DNA of 64,000 nt from an uncultured delta proteobacterium (GTDB lineage Bacteria; Desulfobacterota; Binatia; UBA9968): contig CAVSHR010000008.1 in assembly GCA_963727625.1 (NCBI GenBank), positions 320,001-384,000 on the forward strand. The letters are read 5' to 3'. Below, one piece after another: positions 39,778 to 52,123 of the stretch; position 1 is the first letter of the stretch, and the number at the start of each line of letters is the position of its first letter. A model generated the notes under the pieces. That model saw only the letters and a program-made list of their open reading frames with translations, did no database searches and was not told where the DNA came from. A program made the translations under genes and the position numbers.

Positions 39778-40203
39778 ATGCTCGAACCAAAAAAAGTCAA
39801 ATATCGAAAAATCCAAAAGGGGCGCCGCCGCGGCACGGCTCATCGCGGCTCGACCCTCGCTTTCGGTGACTACGGTCTCAAAGCGCTGCGTCGCGGATGG
39901 ATGAGTGCGCGCGAAATCGAAGCCGCGCGCGTTGCATTGACCCGTTACCTCAAGCGCGGCGGCAAGGTTTGGATTCGCATCTTTCCTGACAAACCATTGA
40001 CCAAGAAGCCGCTTGAAACCCGCATGGGCAAGGGTAAAGGCGCGCTGGAAATGTGGGTCGCGGTGATCCAGCCCGGACGGATTTTGTTCGAAATGGAGGG
40101 GGTGGAGGGCCCGCTCGCCAAGGAAGCCTTTCGATTGGCGTCGCACAAGCTGTCGATCCCGACCATCATGGTCGAACGCCGGGGGATGGCTCATGGACGC
40201 TAA
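39778..40203 (+). CDS. rplP: 50S ribosomal protein L16
   Basis: IEAARVA and RMGKGKG. Confidence 0.98.
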   Translation: MLEPKKVKYRKIQKGRRRGTAHRGSTLAFGDYGLKALRRGWMSAREIEAARVALTRYLKRGGKVWIRIFPDKPLTKKPLETRMGKGKGALEMWVAVIQPGRILFEMEGVEGPLAKEAFRLASHKLSIPTIMVERRGMAHGR

Positions 40204-40396
40204 GGAACTGCGCGAAATCAGCGCCCAAGACCTGGTTCAGAAGCTGACGTCCTTGCGCGAGGACATCGGCCACTTAAAACTTCGGCGCGCCACCGGCCGA
40301 TTGGAAAACCCGATGAAGCTTCGAGAGGTCAAGAAGGACTTGGCTCGGGTCGAGACAATTCTGCGGGAGCGAGCGCTTAAAGGTCAGAAAGGCTGA
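40193..40396 (+). CDS. rpmC: 50S ribosomal protein L29
   Basis: ELR...[19 protein letters not shown]. Confidence 0.96.
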   Translation: MDAKELREISAQDLVQKLTSLREDIGHLKLRRATGRLENPMKLREVKKDLARVETILRERALKGQKG

Positions 40397-40398
40397 GT

Positions 40399-40689
40399 AT
40401 GAACACCCGAGGATTAACCAAGGAACGGGCCGGGCTGGTGGTCAGCGATCGTATGCAAAAAACCGTGGTGGTGAGCGTAGAGCGCACGGTTATGCATCCA
40501 AGATATAAAAAGATTCTACGGCGGCGTACCAAAGTCAAGGCCCACGACGAGAGAAACGAATGTCATGTGGGCGATCGGGTGTTGATCGTCGAGTGCCGAC
40601 CGCTCAGCCGGGACAAGCGCTGGCGCGTCAGCAAGGTTCTTGAACGGGCTCAAACGACCTCGGACGAAAAGCAAAATGCCAGCGCTTAG
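40399..40689 (+). CDS. rpsQ: 30S ribosomal protein S17
   Basis: [12 protein letters not shown] and ECRPLS. Confidence 0.97.
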   Translation: MNTRGLTKERAGLVVSDRMQKTVVVSVERTVMHPRYKKILRRRTKVKAHDERNECHVGDRVLIVECRPLSRDKRWRVSKVLERAQTTSDEKQNASA

Positions 40690-40722
40690 GAGTCAATTAG
40701 GAAGTGCGCTTAAGGTGGACTG

Positions 40723-41091
40723 ATGATTCAGACGCGAACAACGTTAGATGTGGCGGATAATTCCGGCGCGCGCCGAGTCCAGTGCATCAAGGTACTCGGC
40801 GGCAGCAAACGCAAATATGCCTCCATTGGCGATATTATCGTAGTTTCGGTGAAGGAAGCGATCCCCAACGCCAAAGTGAAAAAGGGCGACGTGATGAAAG
40901 CCGTCGTTGTGCGCACAGCTAAGGAGATTGGTCGCCCGGACGGCAGTTATATTCGCTTCGACAACAACTCCGCAGTATTGATCGACAACCAGAAAGAGCC
41001 GGTCGGGACGCGTATTTTCGGTCCGGTGGCGCGCGAGCTGAGAGCGAAAAAATTCATGAAAATCATCTCGCTCGCGCCCGAAGTGCTTTAG
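40723..41091 (+). CDS. rplN: 50S ribosomal protein L14
   Basis: VADNSGA and [12 protein letters not shown]. Confidence 0.99.
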   Translation: MIQTRTTLDVADNSGARRVQCIKVLGGSKRKYASIGDIIVVSVKEAIPNAKVKKGDVMKAVVVRTAKEIGRPDGSYIRFDNNSAVLIDNQKEPVGTRIFGPVARELRAKKFMKIISLAPEVL

Positions 41092-41108
41092 TCAAGGATC
41101 GGGAGAAG

Positions 41109-41426
41109 GTGCTCGTGCAGATTCGCAAAAATGACAGCGTGATGGTGATCGCGGGTAAAGAGCGGGGCAAAACCGGCAAGGTTCTGCGCGTGTTGACGGA
41201 TAGAGGCGCGGTCATCGTCGAGCGACTCAATATCGTCAAGCGCCATACCAAGCCGCGCGGCCCGCAACAATCGGGCGGTATCGTTGAAAAGGAAGCGGCC
41301 ATTCACGCTTCCAACATCATGATCATGTGCGATAAATGCAACGCTCCCGTGCGAATCGGCCGGAAAATTCTCGCCGATGGCAAGAAGATTCGTATTTGCC
41401 GGCGCTGTCAGGAAGCATTGGAGTAG
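41109..41426 (+). CDS. rplX: 50S ribosomal protein L24
   Basis: KOW motif [11 protein letters not shown] and [12 protein letters not shown]. Confidence 0.97.
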   Translation: MLVQIRKNDSVMVIAGKERGKTGKVLRVLTDRGAVIVERLNIVKRHTKPRGPQQSGGIVEKEAAIHASNIMIMCDKCNAPVRIGRKILADGKKIRICRRCQEALE

Positions 41427-41436
41427 TGGGATCAGC

Positions 41437-41976
41437 ATGGCACGCTTGAAAACCAAATATCAGGACGACGTGGTTCCGAACATGATGAAAGAGTTCGCTT
41501 ATAAGAACTCCATGCAAGTGCCCCGGCTCGAAAAGATCACGGTGAACGTGGGTCTCGGCGAGGCGACGCAGAATGCAAAGGCCGTGGACGCCGCAGTGGT
41601 GGAGATTACCGCGATCACCGGGCAGAAGCCGGTGGTGACCCGGTCGAAAAAGGCCATCGCCAATTTCAAGCTGCGCGAAGGCGTGCCGATCGGCTGCATG
41701 GTAACGCTACGGAGCGAGCGCATGTATGAGTTTTTAGACCGACTAATCCATGTCGCGCTGCCGCGGGTGCGCGATTTCAAGGGCATTTCCAACCGCTCGT
41801 TCGACGGTAGGGGAAATTACTCCTTGGGCTTGCGCGAGCAAATCATATTTCCCGAGATTCACGCGGATAAAGTTGAAAAGACCCGAGGGATGACGATCAC
41901 GATTACGACCACGGCAAAAACCGATCAAGAAGGCCTAGCGCTGCTTCGATTGATGGGCATGCCGTTTTCGAGTTAG
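41437..41976 (+). CDS. rplE: 50S ribosomal protein L5
   Basis: ITGQKP, LPRVRDF and FDGRGNY; ATG 41437. Confidence 0.98.
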   Translation: MARLKTKYQDDVVPNMMKEFAYKNSMQVPRLEKITVNVGLGEATQNAKAVDAAVVEITAITGQKPVVTRSKKAIANFKLREGVPIGCMVTLRSERMYEFLDRLIHVALPRVRDFKGISNRSFDGRGNYSLGLREQIIFPEIHADKVEKTRGMTITITTTAKTDQEGLALLRLMGMPFSS

Positions 41977-41995
41977 CTCACGAGGGAGAAGTCCA

Positions 41996-42181
41996 TTGGC
42001 GAAAAAGTGTCTTCGAATCAAGGCGGAACTGCCGAACAAGTTCAAGGTGCGCGAGTATAATCGTTGCCCGCTGTGCGGCCGGGCGCGGGCTTTTTTCCGG
42101 CGTTTTCGCATGTGTCGGCTTTGCCTACGCGATCATGCGCGCAAGGGGCATATCCCCGGACTCATTAAGGCCAGCTGGTAA
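41996..42181 (+). CDS. rpsN: 30S ribosomal protein S14 type Z
   Basis: 61 aa with CPLCGR...CRLC zinc ligands; TTG start. Confidence 0.96.
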   Translation: MAKKCLRIKAELPNKFKVREYNRCPLCGRARAFFRRFRMCRLCLRDHARKGHIPGLIKASW

Positions 42182-42196
42182 GCTCCGGAGAAAAAT

Positions 42197-42601
42197 ATGG
42201 GAATGACAGATCCAATCGCCGACTTGTTAACTAGAATTCGCAACGCCTCGCGGGCGCGTCACCAAAAGGTCGGGGTGCCGTGGTCGCGCCTGAAAGAGAA
42301 TATCGTCAAGGTTCTAATCGAAGAAGGCTATTTGAAGGACCAGAAGAAGGTTAAGGCCGCGGTCGGAGGCGGCCAGGAAATCATCATTCAACTAAAGTTC
42401 GACCGTGAGAATAGGCCGATCATCATCGGCATGAAACGAGTCAGCAAGCCCGGGCGCCGGGTTTATGTCGGGGCGACAAATTTGACTCCGATTCGCAAGG
42501 GCTTGGGCATTCATATCCTGTCGACCTCCAGGGGAATCATGGTGGACCGTTCGGCGCAGCGCGCCAAGGTTGGCGGCGAAATCATTTGCACCGTGTGGTA
42601 A
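42197..42601 (+). CDS. rpsH: 30S ribosomal protein S8
   Basis: TDPIADLLTRIRNA and SKPGRRVY. Confidence 0.98.
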   Translation: MGMTDPIADLLTRIRNASRARHQKVGVPWSRLKENIVKVLIEEGYLKDQKKVKAAVGGGQEIIIQLKFDRENRPIIIGMKRVSKPGRRVYVGATNLTPIRKGLGIHILSTSRGIMVDRSAQRAKVGGEIICTVW

Positions 42602-42618
42602 GTTGATCGAGGTGTAAC

Positions 42619-43170
42619 GTGTCACGCATTGGAAAATTGCCGGTAACAATCCCCGCGGGCGTTAAAGTTGCTGTCGACGCCAACTCCGTCTGTTTGGAGG
42701 GGCCGAAGGGTAAACTCCAAACTGCTGTTCCCGCCGGGGTTACGATTAAGATTGAAGGAAATCTGTTGCGCGTCGAGCGCCAGGCCGAGGATCGCAAGAT
42801 TCGCGCTCTACATGGTCTGACCCGAAAGCTCATCGCCAACATGACGCAGGGGGTCAGCCAAGGTTTTACCCGCGTACTGGATATCAATGGCGTCGGCTAT
42901 CGCGCCGAAGTGAAAGGTCAGGAACTCCACATCAGCTTGGGTTTTTCCCATCCGGTGGTCTTTAATCTGCCGCCGGCGGTGTCGGCTTCGGTGGAGCGCC
43001 AGGTTATCGTTACCTTAGGCAGTGCCGATCGCCAAGTGCTTGGCGAGACCGCGGCGAAGATTCGCAGTCTCCGGCCGCCCGAGCCCTACAAGGGCAAAGG
43101 CATCAAGTATCGTGAGGAAGTGATTCGGCGCAAGGCCGGTAAAGCGGTGGGGTCCGCTGGTGGAAAATAG
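42619..43170 (+). CDS. rplF: 50S ribosomal protein L6
   Basis: MSRIGK and PPEPYKGKGI. Confidence 0.98.
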   Translation: MSRIGKLPVTIPAGVKVAVDANSVCLEGPKGKLQTAVPAGVTIKIEGNLLRVERQAEDRKIRALHGLTRKLIANMTQGVSQGFTRVLDINGVGYRAEVKGQELHISLGFSHPVVFNLPPAVSASVERQVIVTLGSADRQVLGETAAKIRSLRPPEPYKGKGIKYREEVIRRKAGKAVGSAGGK

Positions 43171-43187
43171 AGTGTTGAGGATTGCAG

Positions 43188-43553
43188 ATGGTGAATAAAC
43201 GGCAAGATGGCGCTAGGTTGCGCCGTAAAGCACGAGTGCGTAAGAAGGTCATCGGAACGGACGGACGCCCACGGGTCTGTGTCTTTCGCAGCAACAAGCA
43301 TATCTACGTCCAAGTGATTTCCGACGACCAGCGTAAAACCTTGGCCGCGGTGTCGACGCTCACGGGCGAATTGGCCGATACGAACAATAAAAGCAAGGGC
43401 GTCGAAGCGGCAAAGATGGTCGGCCTCGCTGTGGCTAAGGCGTGCAAGGAAAAAAATATTACCAATGTGGTTTTTGACCGCAACGGTTTTCTCTATCACG
43501 GTCGAATAAAGGCCGTGGCCGACGGAGCGCGCGAAGGCGGCTTGGTATTTTAA
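43188..43553 (+). CDS. rplR: 50S ribosomal protein L18
   Basis: [12 protein letters not shown] and [11 protein letters not shown]. Confidence 0.98.
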   Translation: MVNKRQDGARLRRKARVRKKVIGTDGRPRVCVFRSNKHIYVQVISDDQRKTLAAVSTLTGELADTNNKSKGVEAAKMVGLAVAKACKEKNITNVVFDRNGFLYHGRIKAVADGAREGGLVF

Positions 43554-43580
43554 CCGCAAACTTTGAAACGAGGGGTACCT

Positions 43581-44078
43581 TTGGAACGGATTGATCCACA
43601 GGGATTAGAGCTCAAAGAAAAAGTAGTCAACATTAACCGAGTGGCCAAGGTCGTCAAGGGTGGCCGGCGGTTCAGCTTCAGCGCTCTGGTGGTGGTCGGC
43701 GATAACCGCTCGGTGGTCGGCTACGGCATGGGCAAGGCGAACGAAGTGCCTGAGGCGATCCGCAAGGGCTTGGATCAGGCGAAGAAGAGCTTGATTCGCG
43801 TACCGGTGACGGACGGCACCATCCCGTTCGAAGTGACCGGCCGCTACGGCGCGGGCTACGTGATCCTCAAACCGGCCTCGGAGGGCACCGGCGTGATCGC
43901 CGGGGGGGGGGTTCGCGCGGTAGTCGAAGCCTCGGGAATACAGAATGTCTTGACCAAGTGTCTCGGTTCAAACAATCCACATAACATGGTCAAGGCGACG
44001 ATCGAGGCTTTGCGCGAATTGCGCGCACCGGAAGAAATCGCCAGCCGGCGCGGCAAGGAATTGGCGGAGATTCGTTGA
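43581..44078 (+). CDS. rpsE: 30S ribosomal protein S5
   Basis: [12 protein letters not shown] and GTGVIAGG; TTG start after GAGGGG. Confidence 0.98.
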   Translation: MERIDPQGLELKEKVVNINRVAKVVKGGRRFSFSALVVVGDNRSVVGYGMGKANEVPEAIRKGLDQAKKSLIRVPVTDGTIPFEVTGRYGAGYVILKPASEGTGVIAGGGVRAVVEASGIQNVLTKCLGSNNPHNMVKATIEALRELRAPEEIASRRGKELAEIR

Positions 44079-44080
44079 TT

Positions 44081-44525
44081 ATGAGACTCGATGATCTAAA
44101 ACCAGCGACGGGTTCAAACAAAAAACGTAAACGGGTCGGCCGCGGCGATGGCTCCGGCCATGGCAAAACCTCGTGCCGCGGCCACAAGGGCCAGGGCGCT
44201 CGCTCCGGCGGCAATACCAAACCCGGCTTTGAAGGCGGCCAAATGCCGTTGCAGCGTCGCTTGCCCAAGCGCGGCTTTCGCAATCCGTTCCGGGTTGAGA
44301 TGTCGGTGGTGAATCTTGGCCAGATCGAGGCGCTGCCTGCGGGCAGCGAAGTGACGCCGGAACTTTTGACGCAGCACGGCTTTGTGACTGGCAAGAACCG
44401 CCGCGTGAAAGTGCTCGGTGACGGTGCTTTGTCTAAAGCGTTAACGGTTCGGGCTCATGGATTTTCCGCCAAGGCGAAAGAAAAGATCGAAGCCGCCGGC
44501 GGAAAGGCGGAGTTGATTTCCGTTT

Positions 44526-44533
<8 letters not shown>
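44081..44533 (+). CDS. rplO: 50S ribosomal protein L15
   Basis: RVGRG.GSG.GKT and [16 protein letters not shown]. Confidence 0.98.
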
Positions 44534-45836
<1,303 letters not shown>

Positions 45837-45842
45837 AACATC

Positions 45843-46508
45843 GTGACCGCAGGTGCGCGCGTCGTTTTGCTCGGACCGCCCGGGGCCGGAAAAGGAACCC
45901 AGGCTAAGCTGCTCCAGGAACAATTTGCCGCCTGCCAAATTTCGACGGGAGACATTCTGCGCCAAGCCGTAGCGCAGCAAACTCCGCTGGGTCGAGAGGC
46001 GGGCCAGTACATCAATCGCGGCGCTCTCGTTCCGGATGGCGTCATCGTTAATCTGGTGGCCGAGCGGCTGAAAGAGAAAGACTGCGAGAAGGGGTTTATT
46101 CTCGATGGGTTTCCACGGACGATCCCGCAGGCGGAAAGTCTCGACGCGATCCTGAGCCGGATGAACTTGAGCCTTAACGGCGTTTTGTCCGTTCAGGTGC
46201 CGCGGCAGACCATTATCGAAAGGCTGGCCGGTCGCCGCACCTGCAAGAGCTGCGGCGCGCTCTGTCACGTGGTTTTCGATCCGCCGACAAAAGCAGGAGT
46301 CTGCGACCGCTGCGGCGGCGAGCTATTCCAGCGGGACGACGATCGCGAGGAGACGATTGCCAATCGTCTCAAGGTTTACGAGAGCCAGACCGCACCCTTG
46401 GTCGGTTATTACCGCGAGCGCGGTTTGCTGCAAGAAATCGATGGCGTTGGCGCCATCGACGAGATTCGCGCCCGGGTGACCCGGGCGCTGGGAGATCTAG
46501 TGGCGTGA
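45843..46508 (+). CDS. adk: Adenylate kinase with zinc-binding LID
   Basis: GPPGAGKGTQ, LDGFPR and CKSC...CDRC. Confidence 0.97.
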   Translation: MTAGARVVLLGPPGAGKGTQAKLLQEQFAACQISTGDILRQAVAQQTPLGREAGQYINRGALVPDGVIVNLVAERLKEKDCEKGFILDGFPRTIPQAESLDAILSRMNLSLNGVLSVQVPRQTIIERLAGRRTCKSCGALCHVVFDPPTKAGVCDRCGGELFQRDDDREETIANRLKVYESQTAPLVGYYRERGLLQEIDGVGAIDEIRARVTRALGDLVA

Positions 46509-47263
46509 TTTCGCTCAAGTCACCTCGAGAAATCGAGATCATGAGACGGGCGAACATTATCGTCGCGGAGGTTCTGCAAGAGTTGAAACAGCGCGTCGCA
46601 CCGGGGGTGACGACGCTCGACTTGGATGCTATCGCCGAGGAGATGACGCTTAAGAAAAAAGCGATCCCGGCATTCAAAGGATACGATGTCGCGGGGAGAG
46701 TCTATCCGCGCTGTCTATGCGCTTCGGTGAACGACGAAATCGTCCATGGGATTCCAAGCAACCGAGCGCTGCGCGAGGGCGATATTATCGGTCTCGATTA
46801 CGGCGTTATCTATGAAGGGTTTTACGGCGATTCGGCGATTACCGTGGGAATAGGCAAGGTCAGCGACGATGCTCAGCGCTTGATGGATGTAACCGAAGAG
46901 TCGCTGTACAAAGGCATCGAACAGCTGCGCGACGGTAAAAGGTTGGGAGATCTTGGCGCCGCGGTGCAAAAAGTCGCGGAAGGCGCCGGTTATTCCGTCG
47001 TTCGCGCGTTTGTCGGCCATGGCATCGGTAAAAAACTGCACGAAGAGCCGCCGGTGCCCAATTACGGAGAGTCCGACCGCGGGCTTCGACTTAAAGAAGG
47101 GATGGTCTTGGCCATCGAGCCGATGGTGAACGCTGGAGGCTACGAGGTGGAAATTAAAGAGGACGGTTGGACGGCGGTGACGAAAGATGGTAGCTTAGCT
47201 GCCCATTTTGAGCATTCGGTGGCGATTGCCAAGAATGGGCCGTATATTTTGAGTCGATTATAG
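46505..47263 (+). CDS. map: Type I methionine aminopeptidase
   Basis: SVNDEIVHGIP, GHGIG..LHEEP and AHFEH. Confidence 0.97.
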   Translation: MISLKSPREIEIMRRANIIVAEVLQELKQRVAPGVTTLDLDAIAEEMTLKKKAIPAFKGYDVAGRVYPRCLCASVNDEIVHGIPSNRALREGDIIGLDYGVIYEGFYGDSAITVGIGKVSDDAQRLMDVTEESLYKGIEQLRDGKRLGDLGAAVQKVAEGAGYSVVRAFVGHGIGKKLHEEPPVPNYGESDRGLRLKEGMVLAIEPMVNAGGYEVEIKEDGWTAVTKDGSLAAHFEHSVAIAKNGPYILSRL

Positions 47264-47293
47264 TCTCGGGGAGAAGCGCATTAGGCAGGGTTT

Positions 47294-47512
47294 ATGCCAA
47301 AAGAAGATTCCATCGAAGTCACTGGCAAGGTTTTGGAGACACTGCCCAACGCGATGTTTCGGGTGGAGCTGGATAACGGGCATAAAGTGCTCGCTCATAT
47401 ATCCGGCAAGATGCGCATGCATTACATCAAGATCCTCCCCGGCGACAAAGTGAAAATTGAGCTGTCGCCTTACGACTTGGCGCGGGGACGAATTGTTTTC
47501 CGGGAACGATAA
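47294..47512 (+). CDS. infA: Translation initiation factor IF-1
   Basis: LPNAMFRV and HISGKMR. Confidence 0.98.
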   Translation: MPKEDSIEVTGKVLETLPNAMFRVELDNGHKVLAHISGKMRMHYIKILPGDKVKIELSPYDLARGRIVFRER

Positions 47513-47526
47513 GATGAGGAGCGGCC

Positions 47527-47640
47527 GTGAAAGTCAGAGCATCGGTTAAAAAGATCTGCAACAAATGCAAAGTCATTCGCCGCAAGGGCGTGGTGCGGGT
47601 ATTGTGCGAGAATACCAAACACAAGCAGCGGCAAGGCTAA
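47527..47640 (+). CDS. rpmJ: 50S ribosomal protein L36; absent from the ORF track
   Basis: Manual translation from GTG: [37 protein letters not shown]. Confidence 0.97.
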   Translation: MKVRASVKKICNKCKVIRRKGVVRVLCENTKHKQRQG

Positions 47641-47725
47641 AAGTTGATTTTGGGGTTTAATAAGAACGATTATCTGGAACCTGTTAGAGCGCGTTTCGGA
47701 GTGAAGCCGCGAACGGAGTAACGAT

Positions 47726-48109
47726 ATGGCACGTATTGCAGGTGTGGACTTGCCGAAAAGCAAGAGAATGGAAATCGCGCTGACGTATATTTACGGCATC
47801 GGCCGCAACTCGTCGCGTGATATCCTCGACAAAGCCGGTATTTCGCTGAATCTCAAGAGCGATGATTTGAGCGACGACGATGTCGCTAAAATCCGCCAAA
47901 TCATGGATCAGAGTTGCAAGGTCGAAGGCGATCTCAGGCGCGACGTAACGGCGAATATCAAGCGCCACCTCGACATGGGGTCGTACCGCGGCTTGCGTCA
48001 CCGCAAAAATTTGCCGGTGCGCGGCCAGCGTACGCACACCAACGCGCGCACCCGAAAAGGGCCGCGCAGAACCGTCGCGGGCAAAAAGCCGGCGCCGTCG
48101 AAGGGCTAA
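47726..48109 (+). CDS. rpsM: 30S ribosomal protein S13
   Basis: MARIAGV and [16 protein letters not shown]. Confidence 0.98.
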   Translation: MARIAGVDLPKSKRMEIALTYIYGIGRNSSRDILDKAGISLNLKSDDLSDDDVAKIRQIMDQSCKVEGDLRRDVTANIKRHLDMGSYRGLRHRKNLPVRGQRTHTNARTRKGPRRTVAGKKPAPSKG

Positions 48110-48120
48110 AGGAGAAGATA

Positions 48121-48561
48121 ATGGCAGAGGCCGGCGACGAGAAACCGAAGGCTGAAGGACAAGCGGACGCCAAGGCCGCCGAGCGGGCGGCGCGCCGCAA
48201 ACGCGGCCGCAAGAATATCGCTGAAGGAGTGGTGCATATCCACTCGACGTTTAACAACACGATCGTCACGATCACGGATTATCAGGGCAACGTGATATCC
48301 TGGTCCAGCGCCGGCGCGATGGGCTTCAAGGGCTCGCGCAAGGGAACCCCGTTCGCGGCCCAGCAGGCGGCCGACAGCGCCGCAAAAAAAGCCATGGATC
48401 ACGGCTTGCGCAGCGTGCAAATTTTCGTGCGCGGGCCGGGAGCGGGCCGGGAATCAGCGCTGCGTGCGCTGCAATCGGCGGGCATCAACATCAGCTTGAT
48501 AAAAGACGTCACGCCGATCCCGCATAACGGTTGCCGGCCGCCGAAACGACGACGCGTTTGA
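48121..48561 (+). CDS. rpsK: 30S ribosomal protein S11
   Basis: STFNNTI and [13 protein letters not shown]; ATG 48121 after GGAG. Confidence 0.98.
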   Translation: MAEAGDEKPKAEGQADAKAAERAARRKRGRKNIAEGVVHIHSTFNNTIVTITDYQGNVISWSSAGAMGFKGSRKGTPFAAQQAADSAAKKAMDHGLRSVQIFVRGPGAGRESALRALQSAGINISLIKDVTPIPHNGCRPPKRRRV

Positions 48562-48582
48562 TGATTATTAGGAGGAAGAAGA

Positions 48583-49209
48583 TTGGCTAGATACACAGAT
48601 TCTGTTTGCCGGCTGTGCAGGCGCGAAAACTTGAAGCTTTTTCTCAAGGGTGAGCGCTGCTACACCGACAAATGCGCGATTGAAAGACGTAATTACCCCC
48701 CCGGGGAGCATGGCCAGGGCAGGCCGAAGTTTTCGGAGTACAGCATTCAGCTGCGGGAAAAGCAAAAGGTCAAGCGCATGTACGGCCTGTTGGAAAAGCA
48801 ATTTCGCCGCACTTTCGCCGAGGCCGCACGAACCAAGGGGATTACCGGCGAGACCTTATTAACCCTGCTCGAACGCCGTCTGGACAGCGTGTCTTACCGG
48901 ATCGGGTTTGCCAGTTCGCGCGCCGAGGCGAGAACTTTGGTTCGGCATGGCCATATCCATGTCAATGGCAAGAAGATCAACATCCCTTCCTACACCGTCC
49001 GTGCCGGCGACGTGATTTCGGTCAAAGAGAAAAGCCGTCAGATCTCGCGGGTGGTATCGGCCATGGAAGGGTCGCAACGGCGTGGCGTGCCCGACTGGGC
49101 GGAAGTGGATCGCGAAGCGTTCAGCGGCAGGATAAAGATTCTGCCGTCGCGCGGCGATGTCACCATGCCCATCAATGAAAAACTGATCGTCGAATTGTAT
49201 TCGAAATGA
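48583..49209 (+). CDS. rpsD: 30S ribosomal protein S4 (zinc form)
   Basis: CRLCRRE...C...KC, QLREKQK and ELYSK; TTG start. Confidence 0.98.
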   Translation: MARYTDSVCRLCRRENLKLFLKGERCYTDKCAIERRNYPPGEHGQGRPKFSEYSIQLREKQKVKRMYGLLEKQFRRTFAEAARTKGITGETLLTLLERRLDSVSYRIGFASSRAEARTLVRHGHIHVNGKKINIPSYTVRAGDVISVKEKSRQISRVVSAMEGSQRRGVPDWAEVDREAFSGRIKILPSRGDVTMPINEKLIVELYSK

Positions 49210-49229
49210 GTTCGATATTGGGAGACGCT

Positions 49230-50258
49230 ATGTCGACAATGTACAAGCATTGGACGGAAATGATCAAACCCAAACAATTGGAGGTAGAAGAGAAAACTCT
49301 GACCCCAACCTATGGTAAATTTTACGCGGAGCCCTTTGAGCGCGGCTTCGGCCAAACGGTCGGTAATTCGCTGCGGCGTATTCTCTTGTCCTCGCTTATG
49401 GGCGCGTCCATTGTCGCCGTGCGCATCAAGGGTATCCTGCACGAATTCTCCACCGTGCCCGGCGTGACCGAGGACGTCGCCGATATTATTCTGAATCTCA
49501 AAGAAATCCGCCTGCGGATCAACGATAGCGAGCAACAGACCCTTAAGATCGAAGCCAAAGGTCCGGGGACTATTTATGCCAAGGATATTATTGCGCCCCC
49601 TTCGGTCGAGATTCTTAATCCCGACCATAAGATCGCCACGCTTTCGCGCGATGCCAAGCTGGAAGTCGAGTTGCTCGCCAAGCTCGGCCGCGGCTACGTT
49701 CCGGCGGAGCGCAACAAGGAAGAGGGCGCGCCGGTGGACACGATCTTTATCGACGCGATCTTCTCGCCCGTGCAAAAGGTGAATTTCAACGTCACTAACG
49801 CGCGCGTCGGCCAGCGCACCGATTACGACCGAGTGGTGTTCGAGGTCCATACCGACGGCAGCGTCAAGCCGGACGACGCGATGGCCTATGCCGCCAAGAT
49901 TCTTCAGGACCAAGTGAGCATCTTCGTCAACTTTCAGGAAGAACCGCGCGCGGAGAAAAAAGACGACGGCCCGCCGGTGCCGCTCAACGAAAATTTATTT
50001 CGCAGCGTCGATGAGCTCGAGTTTTCAGTGCGTTCGCAGAACTGTCTGCAGAATGCCGACATCAAATATATCGGCGAGCTGGTGCAAAAGAGCGAACAAG
50101 AGATGCTGCGCACCAAGAATTTCGGCCATAAGTCGCTCAATGAAATCAAAGAAATTCTCAAAGAAATGGGTCTTGAGCTGGGCATGAAGGTCGATCACTT
50201 TCCTTCGCGCGAAGAGATCGACGCCCGCAAACGGGCCGCTGAGAAGGAGCCAGTCTAG
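49230..50258 (+). CDS. rpoA: RNA polymerase alpha subunit
   Basis: [15 protein letters not shown] and alpha-[11 protein letters not shown]...NFG.KSL.E; exact start uncertain (49206, 49230 or 49239). Confidence 0.98.
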   Translation: MSTMYKHWTEMIKPKQLEVEEKTLTPTYGKFYAEPFERGFGQTVGNSLRRILLSSLMGASIVAVRIKGILHEFSTVPGVTEDVADIILNLKEIRLRINDSEQQTLKIEAKGPGTIYAKDIIAPPSVEILNPDHKIATLSRDAKLEVELLAKLGRGYVPAERNKEEGAPVDTIFIDAIFSPVQKVNFNVTNARVGQRTDYDRVVFEVHTDGSVKPDDAMAYAAKILQDQVSIFVNFQEEPRAEKKDDGPPVPLNENLFRSVDELEFSVRSQNCLQNADIKYIGELVQKSEQEMLRTKNFGHKSLNEIKEILKEMGLELGMKVDHFPSREEIDARKRAAEKEPV

Positions 50259-50261
50259 GCC

Positions 50262-50708
50262 ATGCGCCATCAAAAATCAGGAAGACAATTGAGTCGGAAT
50301 TCAGCGCACCGCTGGGCGCTGATGCGCAACCTTATCACCGCGCTGTTGCGCGAGGAAAAGATCAAAACCACCGACCCCAAGGCCAAAGAACTGCGTCGCT
50401 GGGTCGATCGTGTGATCACTCTCGGTAAACAAGGTACCCTGCACGCGCGCCGGCAAGTTTTGAGCATCGTCCTGGACAAGGCCGTGGTGCGAAAGCTTTT
50501 TGATTCGATCGGACCGCGCTTCAAAGACCGGCCAGGCGGTTACACGCGCATCATCAAGCTCGGCATCCGGCGCGGCGACGCAGCGCAGATGTCTTTGATC
50601 GAGCTGGTCGGAGCCGAAGGCGCTGCCTCGGAAGCGTCCAAAGGCGGCGCGAAGAAAGGCCGCAGAGCACGGCGCCGACCGGCACAGCAGCAAGAAGCAG
50701 CCGCTTAG
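50262..50708 (+). CDS. rplQ: 50S ribosomal protein L17
   Basis: MRH...L.R...HR and RPGGYTRI. Confidence 0.98.
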   Translation: MRHQKSGRQLSRNSAHRWALMRNLITALLREEKIKTTDPKAKELRRWVDRVITLGKQGTLHARRQVLSIVLDKAVVRKLFDSIGPRFKDRPGGYTRIIKLGIRRGDAAQMSLIELVGAEGAASEASKGGAKKGRRARRRPAQQQEAAA

Positions 50709-50732
50709 ATTTTGCTTAAACTCGCCGCAACA

Positions 50733-50778
50733 AACGGCCCGCGCGTGATTCGCAAGAATCCGGCGGGCTGTTCCATTT
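50733..50778 (+). terminator. Putative terminator hairpin after rplQ
   Basis: ACGGCCCGC...GATTC-GCAA-GAATC...GCGGGCTGT followed by TCCATTTT. Confidence 0.45.
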
Positions 50779-51212
50779 TCCGCGACATTGCAGTACTCAT
50801 GTCAAGAAATCACTGACAAGCTAATCGGCAACGCGACACTTCGCTTCGAAGAAAAAAAATGTCAGGCGGTTGAGAAAATTGGGAGGGCGTGCCCGCGTCA
50901 AATTTCTACAAGTTGACGATCACCCGCAGATTTGTTGCCAGTCCGGTATACGACGGGCGCGTAATGACACAGCCGGGTCTTCGAAACGCGACCCTGTTTC
51001 CACCGCGCTCTAAACTCTCTTTCCGAGGGGTTAGCCCCCCGAGCAAAAGGCTTGCCTGACGGGGCGCGCATGAGGAGGTCGGAGATTGATCTAAGGCCAT
51101 GAATATGGATTTAGTTCGGTTGTATGGTATGTAAATTAGAGGGTTTCTCATTCGGCAGCTTCGATCGACGAAGTGAGTCGGTGATTTACCGAAACTAGAA
51201 AGGTCATGACTG

Positions 51213-51938
51213 GTGGAACGACGGCATTTGCTGATCATCGGCGCGCCTCGCTCGGGCACAACGCTGCTTGCGACGATAATTAGCCGGCATACGGAAATTG
51301 GTGTTTTGAATGAGGATAAGGGATGGGCGCTGCGGCGTTTGCTCGGCAAGGCGATCGTCGGCAATAAGCGTTGCATCCCCAATCAGATAGAAATTAAAAA
51401 GCGCAATCGGTTCCATATTCGCCTTTGGAAAAGGCTTGGGTTGGCCAAAGAATACCCAACATCGCAGTTTTCTATCGAGGAGTACTTGACGCTGCCGCAT
51501 ATCCAAGTGATTGCGCTTATCCGGGATGGTAATGATGCCATTTTATCCGGCATGCGCCGCGGTAAGAAGAATTTTCGCGGTGCAGCATACCGATGGTGCC
51601 GGGCCGTTGAAATCATCCACGAGATCAAATCACGATATCCCGAGCAGGTGCTGGTGGTATCCTTCGAAGATCTCGTGTTGCGTCCTACACAAAACATCAA
51701 GCGAATCGCCAGATTCCTCAAAGTCGAGTACCAAGAACGCATGCTAGAGGGACCGGTCTACAACCCCTGGTATCCCGAAAGCGGCATGAATGAAAACAAA
51801 GTCAATCGTTCAAAAAAGGAACAGATCGACTTTAAAATCCCGGAGCGCTTCCCCGCCGCCGAACGCCAGTACCGAGAACTATTGCGCCTATGCGATATTG
51901 TCGAGGTCACAGATGCACCGAAGGTAGTACACGGTTGA
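51213..51938 (+). CDS. Sulfotransferase family protein
   Basis: 5'-PSB motif IIGAPRSGTTLL, 3'-PB LIRDG.D..LS and V.FEDLV..P. Confidence 0.85.
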   Translation: MERRHLLIIGAPRSGTTLLATIISRHTEIGVLNEDKGWALRRLLGKAIVGNKRCIPNQIEIKKRNRFHIRLWKRLGLAKEYPTSQFSIEEYLTLPHIQVIALIRDGNDAILSGMRRGKKNFRGAAYRWCRAVEIIHEIKSRYPEQVLVVSFEDLVLRPTQNIKRIARFLKVEYQERMLEGPVYNPWYPESGMNENKVNRSKKEQIDFKIPERFPAAERQYRELLRLCDIVEVTDAPKVVHG

Positions 51939-52123
51939 TCTTCTGCCGAGACCGGTTGTTATCCCAGGCTAAGGACGCTTCCGAGTCAAGCGTGACTTTT
52001 GCTATTTGGCGGCGGGCCATGCTGGAGCACAGAGCCTTCTAGCGTGCCAGCCGGTAGTTTGCGCCGGAAAGCACAGAGGCGACGAGTACTATACATCGAT
52101 TAGTCAAATTGAAGGGATCGCGA

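Noticed and set aside
51005-51045. c-di-GMP-I riboswitch-like GGCTAACCCCTCGGAAAGAG on the minus strand
   Set aside because: It lacks GACGCAAAG and the second hairpin with the tetraloop receptor, and there is no downstream minus-strand gene.
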